Numbered from the stretch's first letter, positions 1 through 13,234 are shown. The stretch is DNA of 64,000 bases from Mobula hypostoma (GCF_963921235.1 NC_086097.1:69876001-69940000); one strand, 5' to 3'. The notes: a model not told the origin generated them from the letters alone. A program made the numbers and translations.

Positions 1-1726
1 AGTACCTTCAGAGTAACATTAGTAAAATGAGATATTCTTGTAGGCTTGCAATTAACCTTCATTATAGTACCCTGTAGTTAAAAGACACCTTTTGAAGAGT
101 GCAGGCTGCTTTTATATAGTAGCAACAATGCATTATTTTGATGCTGCTTTTTTTCCCACCTTTTAATTAGGCAGATTGTCGGTGAATGCATGCATAGAAC
201 TGAAGCCCCGTTGATGTTATTTGAATAATCAGGTTCAATAATTTTTATTCAACAGTTTACAGTCACGTATCTGTTGTAGGACCAATTTCCTGTACATGTG
301 GTACAGGTTCACAATGTATATAAAGATAGGGTGGAATGTGAGAAGGTTTTCCCTTTCTTTGGCATGGAAATTAGTGGAAGTGTTTTCCTCAAAAGCAAAC
401 ATAGAAAGTGAAATTGTGAGAGTAGGCCGGTGTGAATGGCAAGCAAAGTAAATTAATGATTGCATCATTGATTGCAACTATGAAAAGGAGAGGCTGTATA
501 TGGTGTGACCTATTTGGGAAGATTGTAGTTATAAAGAATTTTGAAATCCATGTCAGGGTCTTTGAGGCAGCATTTGTCTCAGAGCTTCCAGATGGATAAT
601 TTGCATACGTTCGTGGTAACCAGCTCCAGATCAATGACTGATAGTCGAGAAACCCAAATTGTAACATGGCTGATGGTGGTGACTTCCCAGGTGAAATGAG
701 TTTGATTTGGATTTACTCAGTAATGACCCAGCAATTGAGGGCTGTAATTTGTCATAGCATTTACACCTTGGAGAATAGATTACATGTGACACCTCACAAA
801 CCTTTTCAACAACAACTTGAATTCAACCATGTGGCAGAATTAATTAAGGCAATGTAGTTATTTTGAAGGAATATGTTATCACTTTTTTAAAATATATGAT
901 TAGATGTGAAGGGCAGACAGATGCGGCCACCAGCAGTGTGCCAAACTAGAAGCTTCCATGTTACTTTCTGTGTTTCACAACATTAAATAAGTGCACATGG
1001 TCAGGTGTCATTGTATGTACAGTATATCCCTTTTAAAGATGTGGCCACAGAAGATACCAAAGTTGATTGTTATTATAGGTATATAGTAGTTTGGACATGA
1101 CAGGAGGGTAGTGATTTCAAAGTGGATCAAGTGGTGCTAAAAAAGATATCAAAATCACTGGCAATGTGAAGTTTCTCTATGGTCAGAGCTGAAGGTAGGA
1201 AGAGATTTAAGAAAAATTGGCTGCTTTTAATGGAGAGAATTCTTGCAGGTATATGGGTTTATAAATGACTAATGTGTTTTATACCAGTTGCTCTAATACT
1301 CCGTTATCTGAGCAAAGTGGAATGAAGCTGAGAATCACATTACATAGAATGTATTGTTCTAAGGATCATTTACTTATTGCTACATGACTTGTTTAGTGTG
1401 TGATGTTCTGCTTCATCTGTAACTTTAGAAATTTTGCACTTAGCACTCATAGGCATTATTTTAAATTATCAATTGTTTTAACCTGTTTTGTACTTCAAAC
1501 AGTTAAAACATGTGAAAGTTCTGAAATCCAGTGTTTAGTTTGTGTTGCATGCACTTTAATTGTAATTTTAAGGATTAGCTGAGATTTTGTTAAGTTTTTA
1601 ATTGGCAGCTCTCCATTGTTCTGCAGATCTATATGGGTCAATTAATGGTTTGAAAAATAATTTCTGCAATCTTTAGCTGTAGTTGCGTAGCAGTGATATT
1701 AAGCTGTATTATTTCTTTTCTTTTAG

Positions 1727-1774
1727 GAGTACCTCATTAGATGTGGAGCCAATATATACATTTAGAGCCCATAT
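1727..1774 (+). CDS. STRN3: Striatin-3 internal coding exon (STSLDVEPIYTFRAHI)
   Basis: ttttag acceptor and gtaagt donor; translation matches the striatin WD40 region; 48 bp, phase consistent with the next exon. Confidence 0.95.
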
Positions 1775-2024
1775 GTAAGTAATGTCAGACACATCACTTG
1801 TATGCTTCATGATATTGATGAGTATATTCGACAATGTACAATAGAGTACACTTACAGACGTTTTCATGAAAATAAATGTTTATTTTGGATAAAATGAAAC
1901 CGTTGTAAGCAAAGTGCCAATGAAATGTTTTTGTGCTTGTTTGAAGTATGGTATGATTTAATTGTTCGGTCAGTTGTTGCAGTGATGTTGATAATTCTAT
2001 ACAAATATTTTCTGTTGTGTCCAG

Positions 2025-2146
2025 TGGACCTGTGCTTTCTTTGGCTGTCAGTTCTAATGGTGAACAGTGTTTCAGTGGTGGTATTGATGCAACAATACGA
2101 TGCTGGAATATGCCAAGTCCCAATGTTGATCCATATGATACATATG
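2025..2146 (+). CDS. STRN3: Striatin-3 coding exon (GPVLSLAVSSNGEQCFSGGIDATIRCWNMPSPNVDPYDTY)
   Basis: ccag/gtatgt splice sites; GPVLSLA, CFSGGIDATI and WNMPSP are STRN3-type rather than STRN-type. Confidence 0.95.
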
Positions 2147-3098
2147 GTATGTACTGATTCAAAAATGTGTTTTCAAAATTGTATCTTTTATTTCACTTGA
2201 AGTTAAGTAAATTTGTTAACTTTTATAATTAATGACAGTACTTCTTACCTGTATAAATAATTTTAATGTTTTTACTTTTGACTATTACATAATTGCTTTA
2301 ATAATGTATAAATGCATTAGGACATGTATTTTCATCAATGTGCAATTTAGTCATTAAGATTCTGTTGGATGCAATGGTTAAATTGAAGGTCAGACAACCT
2401 TAAGGCATCAGTCCAGAATGTGTGGCCTTCAATTGAGATTATCTTCTAATAAATTACTTTTTCTTTTTGCATGATTCTGAGACCTTGCTTAAGTGCTACC
2501 CTTCTGAGCTCTGATATAGTGTCGTTGGTAATTGGGAAAATGTATTTTTTTTTTAATTTTATTTTTATTTGGATAAGGAGTTCACAATTATCATGTACTT
2601 TTTTCACACATATAACCTTTTCCATTTTTTTATATGTATGAAACTACAATTATTTATACATTCTTAAGTACACATTGAGATGATATAAAAGCAAAATAAA
2701 CATTTAAATAGATAATTATGTACTGTGGTAATTCTAACCTATTAGGCGAAGTAATGAAATTAGTTGTTAAGAAAAATGGTAATAATAGTTTCCATACAAC
2801 CCTTCTGGACCATTTCCACTGGTCCAAAATGTTGCATACAAGCCTATATACCAACCATTGTAGGTGTTCATATCCCAATTTGTTCGTGCTTGTTCCTGCC
2901 CGCAGACATAATTATCCAATCCCTATGTACTTATTTACTTAATTTTTTCATTTTTTTAAATCCCTTTCCCAAATCTTTCCATTTACTTGTGTTAATTCTC
3001 TATTTTCCAAAAAAAAACAACAAACATTTAGACTAGGGGTGCTTACGTTAGCAATATTACTGTGTTGATGAGAAGAGCAATATAAATCATTAGGAGAG

Positions 3099-6000
3099 TC
3101 ATCTAAAGTCTGCTCGCATTGGGGTTATATAATCAATCCATTTATTCCAGATTTGATAAAATGTTTCTTTTTGAGCTCTCAGGGAGTAGGTCAACTTTTC
3201 CATTTTAAATATTTCCAAGATAATTTCGTACCAATCTTCTAATGTAGGTGGTATTGGATTTAGCCATTTTCTAGTGATTGATTTCTTACTTGCCGCTAAG
3301 AGGGCCTGCAGCAACTTTATATCTTCCTTCTGTTCAAGGAACAATACATGCCCCAAATAGAGCGTCTCAAAGTTCAGAGGTATCTGGGGCCTAAGTACCT
3401 TAACTAATGTTCTATGAATACCTTCCCAAAATAGACTTAATTTAGGGCAATCCCAGAAAATATGAAAATGATTTGCCTCCTTAGAGCTGCACCTTCTCCA
3501 ACACATCACATTTGTATCTTTATATTTTTCCTGATATGGGGTCTTGAAGTATCTTATAATGTTTTTCCAACAATGTTCTCTCCAAGTCAAAGAATTAGTC
3601 GAGGACCATTGAAAGCTGCATATTTTCCCCCAAGCCTCCTCTGAAAGTACCAACCCCGCTTCTTTCTCCCACTTCTCTTTAATATACAGTGTATTTACAA
3701 TTTTAGCATGGGAGAGTGCATTATATAGGCGAGAAACTGATTTACTAGGTATTGAACTGCAAGCCGAATTCAGAATCTTGAAAAATTCTAATTCTACTGT
3801 TGATAGGTCTGTATATCTACAACTCTGGTTAACATAGTTTCGTATTTGAAGGTACCTAAAAAAGTCATTATGTTCTAGGCCATGTTTGTCCTGCAGGATT
3901 TGGAAACTTTGTAATACTCTTTTATCTATAAATGAGAGGTAGGTTGTAAGACCTTTCTTTATCCATAGCTCAAATCTTTTATCTCCTCTGTTGGGAAGGA
4001 ATTCGGTATCATATGCACACCATCTAAAGAGTTTTAGCATGTTATTAATTCCACATGAATTAACCACCTTCTGCCATACTTTTAATGTAAGATTTATCCA
4101 AGCATTATTAAATTTTTCCAACTGGGCCATCAATCCTTTGTCAGCTATTGAGGCCTGAAGAGGAAAACTGTCAACTAATCCAAATTCTATTTCCTTCCAT
4201 CTAGCCTTATATTCCCTATTACACCAATATAACAGAGGGGTTATCTGTGAGGCATAAAAATAATTTCTCAGGCAAGGAAGAACCATACCTCCTCTTTCCT
4301 TCCCTAACTGTAAGGTGTTATATCGAATTCTAGGTTTCCTTCCTTGCCAAATGAAGCGGGAAATCCATTTGTCCCATTCCCTGAATTGATTATCATCCAC
4401 CTCCACTGGTAAAGTACGGAAAAGATATAATAACCGAGGAAGAATATTCATTTTTATAGTATTTATCCTTGAATTTAAACTTAAAAAGGGGATAAGATTC
4501 CATCTATGCATATCTGCTTTTATCTCTGAGATTAATGGTCCATAATTTACCTGTGACAGTGTTGAAAGATCCTTCGGCAGGGTTATTCCTAAATATTTTA
4601 ATGATTTAGCTTCCCACTTAAGATCGTATGTATCCTGCAATTTTTTGGATGGTGTATAATTTAGGGACATAACCTGCGTTTTCTTTACATTTATTTTATA
4701 ACCTGATATTTACCCAAAGTCATCCAACAGTGTAAACAATCCTATAAATGATTTTTCTGGTTCACTCAGATAAACCAAAACATCATCTGCGAATAACGCC
4801 ACTTTCTGTTCAATCCCTGCCACCTTGATACCTTTTACGATTTCGCTCTGTCTTATTAGTTGGGCAAGTGGTTCAATATATAGCGCAAAAAGGAGAGGAG
4901 AAATTGGGCATCCCTGTCTAGTGCCTCTCTCTAAAATGAAGGAGTCAGAGAGGTCCCCATTTATCTTAATTCGGGCTGTTGGGCTGTCATACAGAGTCTG
5001 AATTACTTTAATAAACCTTTCTTGAAAGCCGAATCTTCCTAACACTCTGTATAGGAATGCCCAACTAACCGAATCAAAAGCTTTCTCAGCGTCCAATCCT
5101 ACTACCATTGTCTCTGTCTCGTTCTTATTAACCTGTTCTAATATGTGCAGAGTTCTCCTTATGTTGTCCTGTGTTTGTCTTTGTTGAATAAATCCAGTCT
5201 GGTCTAAATGGATTAGGCCAGGTAAAAGCTTTTCCAATCTGCGCGCTAATATAGATGTAAATAGTTTGTAATCTAAATTAAGAACACTAATTGGCCGATA
5301 ATTGCCACATTCTAGTTTATCTTTACCCTCTTTAGGAATAACTGAAATAATCGCTTCTCTCCAGGAAGGTGGAGTTTCTCCTCTCTGCAAGATCCAATTA
5401 AAGGTGTTAAGTAGTAATGGGGCTAACTGTGTCTTCAGGGACTTGTACCACTCTGAGGTAAACCCATCAGAACCCGGGGACTTTCCAGCCTTTAACCTAG
5501 AGATGGCCACGTTCAGTTCTTTGACAGTTACTGGTTCTAATAAACTTTCATTTTGTAAATCTGTAAGTTTAGGTAGATCTAAAAAATTCAATACACTGTC
5601 TATATAGGGCTCATTGGGGGCCCGGGGTTGGGAGTACAGCTCTCGATAATACGTTTCAAAACTCTCTTGAATTTTCCCTATTGTACTCTCCACAAGCTTT
5701 GTCTTTGGATTCTTTATTTTATGAATTGTATTGTCTGCTTGTTGTTTTCGTAATTTATATGCTAATAATCTAGCTGATTTACCTCCTACTTCATAATTCT
5801 TTTGTCTCAGGTAAAGAAAATTTGTTTGAGTTTCCAACGTATAAATATCATCAATTTCACTTTGCAATTTCCTAATTTCCTGTTTTCGATTTGAATTACT
5901 TTTGTTGCTATTATCAACTTGAAGTTGTTTTAATTTTCCTTGAAGGTCTGCTAATTTTTGTGCATTGATTTTTTTCATGTGAGTAGTAATGGAAATAATT

Positions 6001-6887
6001 TTCCCTCTCAGTACAGCTTTCAATGTATCCCATAAAATCACTGGTGATGTTTCTCCCGTGTCATTAAGGTCTAGATATTCTTTGATTTCTCCCCTTAATC
6101 TCTCCATTACTTTTGGGTTATTAAGTATATGTGAGTTTAGCCTCCATAGTGTTTTCCTCATTTTCTTTTCCAGGATTAGAGACATAGAGACTGGGCTATG
6201 ATCCGACAGATCAATTGTTGCAATATTACAGTTTTTTATCCTGAGTCTATCTGTATTAAAGATAAAGAAATAGTCTATCCTTGAGTAGGCTGAATGAGGG
6301 AAAGAGTAATATGTATAATCTTTACTAGTAGGGTGTAATTCCCTCCAGACATCTATAATTCCCAACTCCTCCATCAATGAATTCACTTTCCGAGTCAGAG
6401 GTTTATTCTGAGTAACTATTCTTGAAGAATCTAATATAGGATTTAATCTAATATTAAAATCCCCTCCACAAATTACTACCCCTTGAGAACTGACCATTAG
6501 GTCAAAAATGTGTCTATAAAATGACCATTCACTACCTGGAGGAGCATAAACATTCAGCAATGTTATTTCTGTACCTTCTATTCTTCCTGTGATTTTTACA
6601 AACTGTCCTTCTTTGTCTCTAGTCTCTGAAATATGTTCATAATTAAGAGTACTTGATATTAAAGTAGTTACCCCTCTTTTGTGACTCAATTTATATGATG
6701 AATAAAATACATGCTTAAAGCCCATTCTTTTTAATTTTCCATGTTCAGATTGGCTCATAGGTTTTTCCTGGAGGAAAGCTATTTGTGCCCTCTCTTTTTT
6801 CAGTTTAGACATAATCTTATTTCTTTTAATTGGATTCAAAACCCCATTAACATTATAGGAAATTATTTTTACCAATTCAGTTTGCAT
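3099..6887 (-). pseudogene. L1 ORF2 (APE endonuclease, RT, CCHC) broken by one in-frame TAA at 4710-4712
   Basis: SYNVNG, GGDFN, SRIDY, SDH (EN); LDAEKAFD, GTRQGCP, FADD (RT); CxxxC..HxxxxC; the two ORF-track pieces share a frame (...DDFG*ISGYKIN...). Confidence 0.93.
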
Positions 6888-7249
6888 TTTTCTCTAGTAG
6901 AAAAAAAGCACTCTCCTTTTCTAACCAAACAGTAAGCAATCCCTTCTCAACAGTAAACCAAGACATATAACCACACCCTAGACATTTCTGAACGTATAAC
7001 ATTTGAAAATTTTCCCCGACTTCCCACAGTGAGGCCTGAGCACCGACCCGCCTCAGTTCAGAGGGATAACCTCTATCTTCACCCTGTGTTAGAGGGCCCT
7101 CAGCAGTTTGAATAATCATAGAGAATTTTCTCCTATTTATGTCTCGACCATATTGCTATCATTCAAGTTATTCCGCCTAGATTATTTTCAGTTACCAGTT
7201 TTCATTTTACTTTTAAGTCCGATTTTCTCTTTTCAGTCATTTCTCTTAA

Positions 7250-8236
7250 TTAATCTGTATTCTCTGTACATTCGCGTCTGAATATTTGCAGCTTTTCCTT
7301 GTAGTTTGACACTTTGGTTCGAGTGGAGCGTCCTCGCCCCACTAACTGCCACGACTTCTGCCGAATCCTCTCCAGTAGCGACTCCGGTTGGGTGATAACT
7401 TTAATAGGTAGTCCCCGGTCCGCCAGGTCCGACGTTGCCTCCTCCACCGTAGCGTAAGTTTTTGTCCCTTCGTCGTAAAAGACTCTCAGCCGAGCTGGAT
7501 ACAGGGTCTGGAATCTGATGTTGTTTTCCTTCAGGACTCTCCGTGTTTCCGTATATTCCTTCCGTCTGGCAAGAATCCCCGGTGCGTAGTCGTGGTCTAA
7601 ACTGATTTTACAGTTGTTCCACATGAAACCTTTCTTTTGCCATGCTCTTTTAAGCACCTCTTCCTTCGTTCTGTAACTGAGAAATCTGATCAGAATCGAT
7701 CTGGGCTGGGTGCCTGCCGGAGGCTGTGGTGCCAACGCACGGTGAGCCCTTTCTATCTGTAGGTCTTTTGCGGCCGGTATATCAAGGTTCTCTCTAAGCA
7801 GCTTCTCCACGAAGGGAATCATCAATCCGGGTTTACCTTCGGTTCCTTCGGGAACTCCGTAGATCCTCACATTTTCCCTTCTCGAGCGGCCTTCTTGATC
7901 TATTAGTTTCCACTGGAGTTGGTCTTGTAGCTTCAGCATTTCTGCTATCACTTCCTCGGCATTTTGTAGCTTCTCTTCAATTCCAACAATCCTCGCTTCG
8001 GCTTCATCTATCTGCGAGTTAGTTTTTACTATTTCTCCTTTAATATCTTTCAGCTGTTTGCTGTTATCTTGTCGGAACTCGCGAATCTCTCCGAGAATCA
8101 AAGACAGAGTCACCGATTCCCCCTCATTATCTCCGTCCTGGCTTGCCGTGGGGGAGCTAGGCCCGTCGCCTTGCTGTATCTCTTTATGTTTATCAGCCTT
8201 CGAAGTGGACTTTTTATTCTTGTTCTTAGACATCAT
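7250..8236 (-). CDS. L1 ORF1p (coiled coil, RRM, CTD), intact, 328 aa
   Basis: Heptad region followed by EGRSRRENVRIYGVPEG, IERAHR and YPARLRV motifs typical of L1 ORF1. Confidence 0.92.
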   Translation of the reverse strand: MMSKNKNKKSTSKADKHKEIQQGDGPSSPTASQDGDNEGESVTLSLILGEIREFRQDNSKQLKDIKGEIVKTNSQIDEAEARIVGIEEKLQNAEEVIAEMLKLQDQLQWKLIDQEGRSRRENVRIYGVPEGTEGKPGLMIPFVEKLLRENLDIPAAKDLQIERAHRALAPQPPAGTQPRSILIRFLSYRTKEEVLKRAWQKKGFMWNNCKISLDHDYAPGILARRKEYTETRRVLKENNIRFQTLYPARLRVFYDEGTKTYATVEEATSDLADRGLPIKVITQPESLLERIRQKSWQLVGRGRSTRTKVSNYKEKLQIFRRECTENTD

Positions 8237-8432
8237 CCTTGCCCCTTTTATTAATATAGTTATGCAATATTAAGTATTTGTCTAAATTCGATTTTGGGGC
8301 AGTTTACCTTCTTTTTTGTCGAGAGACCTTTTCCTTACGCCGCCACTCCCTTGATGACCCCGGGAAAATGTATTTTTATTTAAAATATTAGCATACAATA
8401 ATTAAAAATAATATAATCAAAACTTAGAAGTT

Positions 8433-8523
8433 ACATACGCAAAATGCTGGAGGAACTCAGCAAGCCAGGCAGCGTCTATGGAGTGGAATAAACAGTCAAC
8501 GTTTCTGGCCCTTCATCAGGACT
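8433..8523 (-). repeat. Penelope-like element terminal fragment with hammerhead-like motif
   Basis: Same terminal sequence as the PLE ends at ~33950, 35269, 57612 and 59352; - strand AGTC-CTGATGA-..-GAAACGTT-GACT. Confidence 0.75.
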
Positions 8524-8784
8524 CAAATTCAGCAGTTCCCAGTTTGCTGATTATGGCCGGATTATTTGTGCTTGTTCTGCAATTGAGAGTAAGTAACATG
8601 ATTGTTGCCAGGCCAATGAGGGTGCTGTACACTTTCAGAGCTGATTCAGTTCACATTTACACTTATCACATCACAGTACATTATTACACTCTTAATTGAC
8701 GAGTGGATGTCAGCTCACTCAAATGAATCAAAATAACTTGCCATTCATTACTACAATAAAGAGGTATGAACACAAAATAAGAGC

Positions 8785-11700
8785 AAAAGACCAAGGAGCA
8801 GATTTAGGTCATTTGGCCCATTGAGTCTGCTCTGACATTCGATTATGGCTGATTTATTAACCCTCTCAACTCCTTTCTCCTGCCTTCTCCCCACAACTTT
8901 TGACGCCCTGATTAATCAAAAACTAATCAACCTCTGCCTTAAATATACCCAATAACTTGGCCTGCTCAGCTGTCTATGGCAAAGAATTCCACAGACTCAC
9001 TACCCTCTGGATAAGAAATTTTTCCTCATCTCTGCTCTAAGTGCACATCCCTCAGTTCTGAAGTTGTGCCCTCTGGTCCTAGACTCCCTCACTATGGAAA
9101 ATATCCTCTCCATGTCCATTTTGTTTTGGCCTTTCAGTATTCGATAGGTTCCAATGAGATTCTTCCTCATTCTAAACTCCAACGAGTACAACCCAGAGCC
9201 ATTAAACACTGTTCATATGTTTCATGCTTGAAGTTATTCTTGTGAAACTCTTCTGAACTCTCTCTAATAGCAGCACATCCTTTCTTAGATAAGGGGCCCA
9301 AAACTGCTCTCAATACTCCCAAGTGTGGTCTGATCAATGCCTTATAAAGCTTCAGCACTACATCTTTGGTTTTGTATTCCATCCTCTCAAAATGAATGCT
9401 AAATTACACTTGCCTTCCTTATCACCAACTTAAGCTCCAAGTTAGCCTTTAGGGAATTCTGTACGAGGACAGGATCCTCTGCGCCTCTTATTTTTGAATT
9501 TTCTCCCCATTTACAAGATAGTCCACCCCTTTATTACTTCTTCCAAAGTGCATGACCATATGCTTCCTTCCATTATATTCTATCTACCACTTCTTTGCCC
9601 ATTCCCTCAATCTGTCTGAGTACTTCTGCAGACTACTTGCTTCCTCAACACTACCTGCCTGTCCACCTATCTTCGTATTGTCCACAAACCTGGCCACAAG
9701 GGCATCAATTCCTTCATCCAAATCATTGACATACAACGTGAAAAGAAGCAGTTGCAACACCAACATCTGCAGCACACCATAAGACACCGGCAGCCGACCA
9801 GTAAAGGCCCCCTTTATTCCCACTCTTTGCCTCCTGCCAGTTAGTCAATCTTCTATCCATTCTAGTGCTTTTCCCATAATACCACAGGCTTTTATTTTGT
9901 TAAAAAGCCTTGTGTAGCACACTGTCAAAGACCTTCTGAAAATCCAAGTAAACAACATCCACTGACTCTCATTTGTCTGTCCTGCCTGTTAATTCCTCAA
10001 AGAATTCCTTCAGATTTGTTGGGCAAGGTTCCCCCTTTAGAAAACCATGCTGACTTTGGCCTATTTTATCTCGTGCCTCTAAGTACCCGGAAACCTCATC
10101 CTTAATAACAGATATGAACATCTTTCCAGCCACTGAAGTCGGACTAACTGGCCTTTAATTTCCTTTCTTAAGAGTGGAGTGGCATTTGCATCTTTCCAGT
10201 TTTCCAGAACCATGCCAGAATCTAGTGATTCTTGAAAGATCATTACTAATGCTTCCACAATCTCTTCAGCTATCTCTTTCAGAACACTGGGGTGTAGTCT
10301 GTTTGGTCCAGGTGACTTACCTACTGTAAGAATTTTCAACTTTCCAAGCAACTTATTTTAGTAACAGCAATGGCACTTATTATCTGCATCCTGACACTCA
10401 AATGTCTGGCATTCTGCTCGTGTCTCCCACAGTGAAATCTGGTGCAAAATGCTTAAGTTCTTCCTTCATTTCTTTGTCCCCATTACTATCTCTCCAGTGT
10501 CATTTTGTAGCAGTCCATATCCACTCTCATCTCCATTTTACTCCTGTATTTCTGACAAAACATTTGTATCCACTTTTATATTATTGGCTAGCTTAACTTC
10601 ATATTTCATCTTTTATCTCTCTTTGACTTTTTTAATTGCCTTCTGTTGGTTTTTTAAAAAACTTCCCAATCCTGTTACACCCCACTATTTTTTGCTCTAC
10701 TATGTGCCCTCTCTTTTGCTTTAATGTTGTTTTTGACTTCCCTTGTCAGCTGTGGTTATCTCATTCTCCCTTTAAAATATTTCCTTGGGACATATCTATC
10801 CTGTGCCTTCTGAATTGCTCCCAGAAACTCCAGCCTTTGCTGTTCTGCCATCATCCTTTTAGTGTCCCCTTCCAATCAACTTGGTTAACTCCTTTCTCAT
10901 GCCTCTGTAATTGCTTTTACTCCACTTATTTTGATCCATCTGATTTTATCTTCTCCCTCTCAGACTGCAGGGTGAACTTGATCATAAGGTTCCTAATCAA
11001 TTCTAGGTCATTACGTCACACCCAATCCAGGTTGCTGTTCCCCTCGTGGGCTCAACCACAAGCTGCTCTAAAAACTCATCTCTAAGGCATTCTACAAATA
11101 CCCTTTCATGGGAGCCAAAATCAGCACCAAGCTGATTTCTTCCCAATCATCCCATGTATTGAAATCCCCCGTGATTATTACAACATTGTCCTTCTTAACT
11201 ACCTTTTCTGTCTCCCATTGAAGTTTGTGGCCCACATCTTGGTTTCTCTTCAAAGGCCTGGATTTAATTTCCATCAAGGTCATTTAATCCTTACAGTTTC
11301 ATAGATCTACCTACAACAATACTACATCTTCCAATCCTGTGTCACCTCTTTGTAAGGGTTTGATCTAATTTTTTTTTCACCAATGGAGCCACGCTACCCC
11401 TCTGCTTACCTGCCTCTCCTTTCAATACAATGTGTATCCTCCGTGACTTGGAGATGCCCACAAGTTCGTATCTGCCGATCTTTAATTGCGCTACAAGATC
11501 ATCTACCCAGTTCCATATATATTTTGTGCATTCAACTATAACAACCTTCAGTCCTGTATTCATCACCCTTTTTGATTTTGGCTCCCTGTTACACTTTAAC
11601 TCATTCTACTAACTGCAATTTTGCCCTATTATCTGCCTGTCCTTCCTCACAGTCTCACTACACACTGTATAGTGAGACTTGTATAGCAACTGCCCATCCT

Positions 11701-12700
11701 CAGCCCTATCACGACGTTTCCCACCCCCTGCCAAATTAGCTTAAACCCTCCCAAACTGCTCTAGCAAACCTGCCTGCAGGGATGTTTGTCCCCCTTGGGT
11801 TCAGGTGTACCCACCTTTTTTATATAGATCATATCTTCCCCAGAAGAAATACCAATGATTCAAAAATCTGAAACCCGGTCCCCTGTGCTTATTCTTCAGC
11901 TGCACATTCATTTGCCAAATCATCCTATTCTTACTCTAACTGGCACAAGGCACAGGTGGCAATTTAGAGATTACTAGCCTGGAGGTCCTTCTTTTCCGTT
12001 TCTGCCTAACATTCTCTATTCTCTCTTCAGGACCTCCTCCCTTTTCCTACTTATGTCATAGGTACCAATAGGTACCATGACTTCTGGCTGTTCACCCTTC
12101 CTCCTTTAGAATTCCATGGACTCATTTTGAGACATCACTGACCCTGGCATCTGGAAGGCAACATGCCAACCGGGTATCTCTTTCACGTCTACAGAACCTG
12201 CTGCTTTCTGTCCTCTTAATTATGGAATCCCTTGTGATTACTGCATTCCTCTTCCTCTTCTCCCCTTCCCTTCTGACCCACAGAGCCAGACTCAATGCCA
12301 AAGACCTGGTCACTGCAGCTTTAGGTCATTCCTCCCACCCCTTGCTCCTCCCAACAGTATCCAAAGTGGAATATTTATTTTTGATGGGAGTAGCCACAGG
12401 GTATTTTGCAGTGGCTGCCTATTCTTTTTCCCTCTCCTGACAGTCACCCAAGGACTTGCCTCCTGCACCTTAGGGTTGACTATTTCCCTGTAGCTCCTAT
12501 CTGTCATCTCTTCATTCTCCCATATGAGCCAAAGGTCATCCAGCTGAAGCTCCAGTTCCTTAACATGATCGGAGGAGCTGCAGCTCGATGCACTTCATGG
12601 AGATGAAATTATCAGGGAAACAGGAGGTCTCCCATATTTCCCACATCTCACTCAAGGATCATACCACTACTTTCAGATCCATTCTCAGCTCACTAGCTAT
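8785..12700 (-). mobile_element. Decayed near-full-length CR1-clade LINE
   Basis: Frameshifted RT remnants (KSPGP..LHP.VLKE, LYKALIRPHL, GLYSLEFR); ORF1 esterase (DSII..CCLPDARV) and leucine-zipper remnants; boundaries approximate. Confidence 0.85.
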
Positions 12701-13234
12701 GTACTAACAGGAAAAAAAAAACTTACTAAGGAACTATCTTAGAACCTCTTCCTGTGCCTGTTCTCACTTAAGTATGTTGAGTCAAAGCTGGTCCTCCAAC
12801 AAAGGCTGCTCTGCTTATACTACTTTTTTTAATTGGCCCTGTGTTGATTGCCACCTGCCAGGACAAAATTAAACCTCGTGCAGCATTACCAACGAATGAC
12901 ATCTCATGTTGATTGCTACCCACCAACTAAGTAGTGGAAAAGCACCCGAGCTCTTTTTAATCCTGTGCTGCATCACCAACAATCGACCTCTTGGGATGAC
13001 TTTTGCCCCACGAAAAAGTGATATATTTTGGTTTACATTAGGAGAATTATTTTGGGTTAAATGCCTCAGTGGTTGTTGAATGATTTGAATTTTGTTTTGT
13101 CAAATGATCGTTTTATATTTTTTTCCTAATACTGCTAAAGGGCTGATAGGATATCTGTGCTGTTAATAAAGATTCAACAAAAGTGTGAAAGAGCTAGTTC
13201 CAAGCTAACTATTTTGTTTCACTTTGGTCTGCAG

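Larger units (their letters stand above)
2550..8361 (-). mobile_element. Full-length LINE-1 (L1 clade) retrotransposon in a STRN3 intron, antisense to the gene
   Basis: ORF1, ~360-bp spacer, ORF2, 3'UTR and A-tail; 16-bp TSD GGGAAAATGTATTTTT at 2534-2549 and 8362-8377; TTTTT/A target fits L1 endonuclease preference. Confidence 0.95.

Noticed and set aside
171..232. Possible STRN3 poison exon (good acceptor, TGCATG motif, in-frame TAA)
   Set aside because: Weak donor (gttcaa) and no conservation or transcript evidence available
3099..4670. 523-aa ORF as a separate third L1 gene
   Set aside because: Same frame as the upstream ORF; it is the C-terminal part of ORF2 after a premature stop
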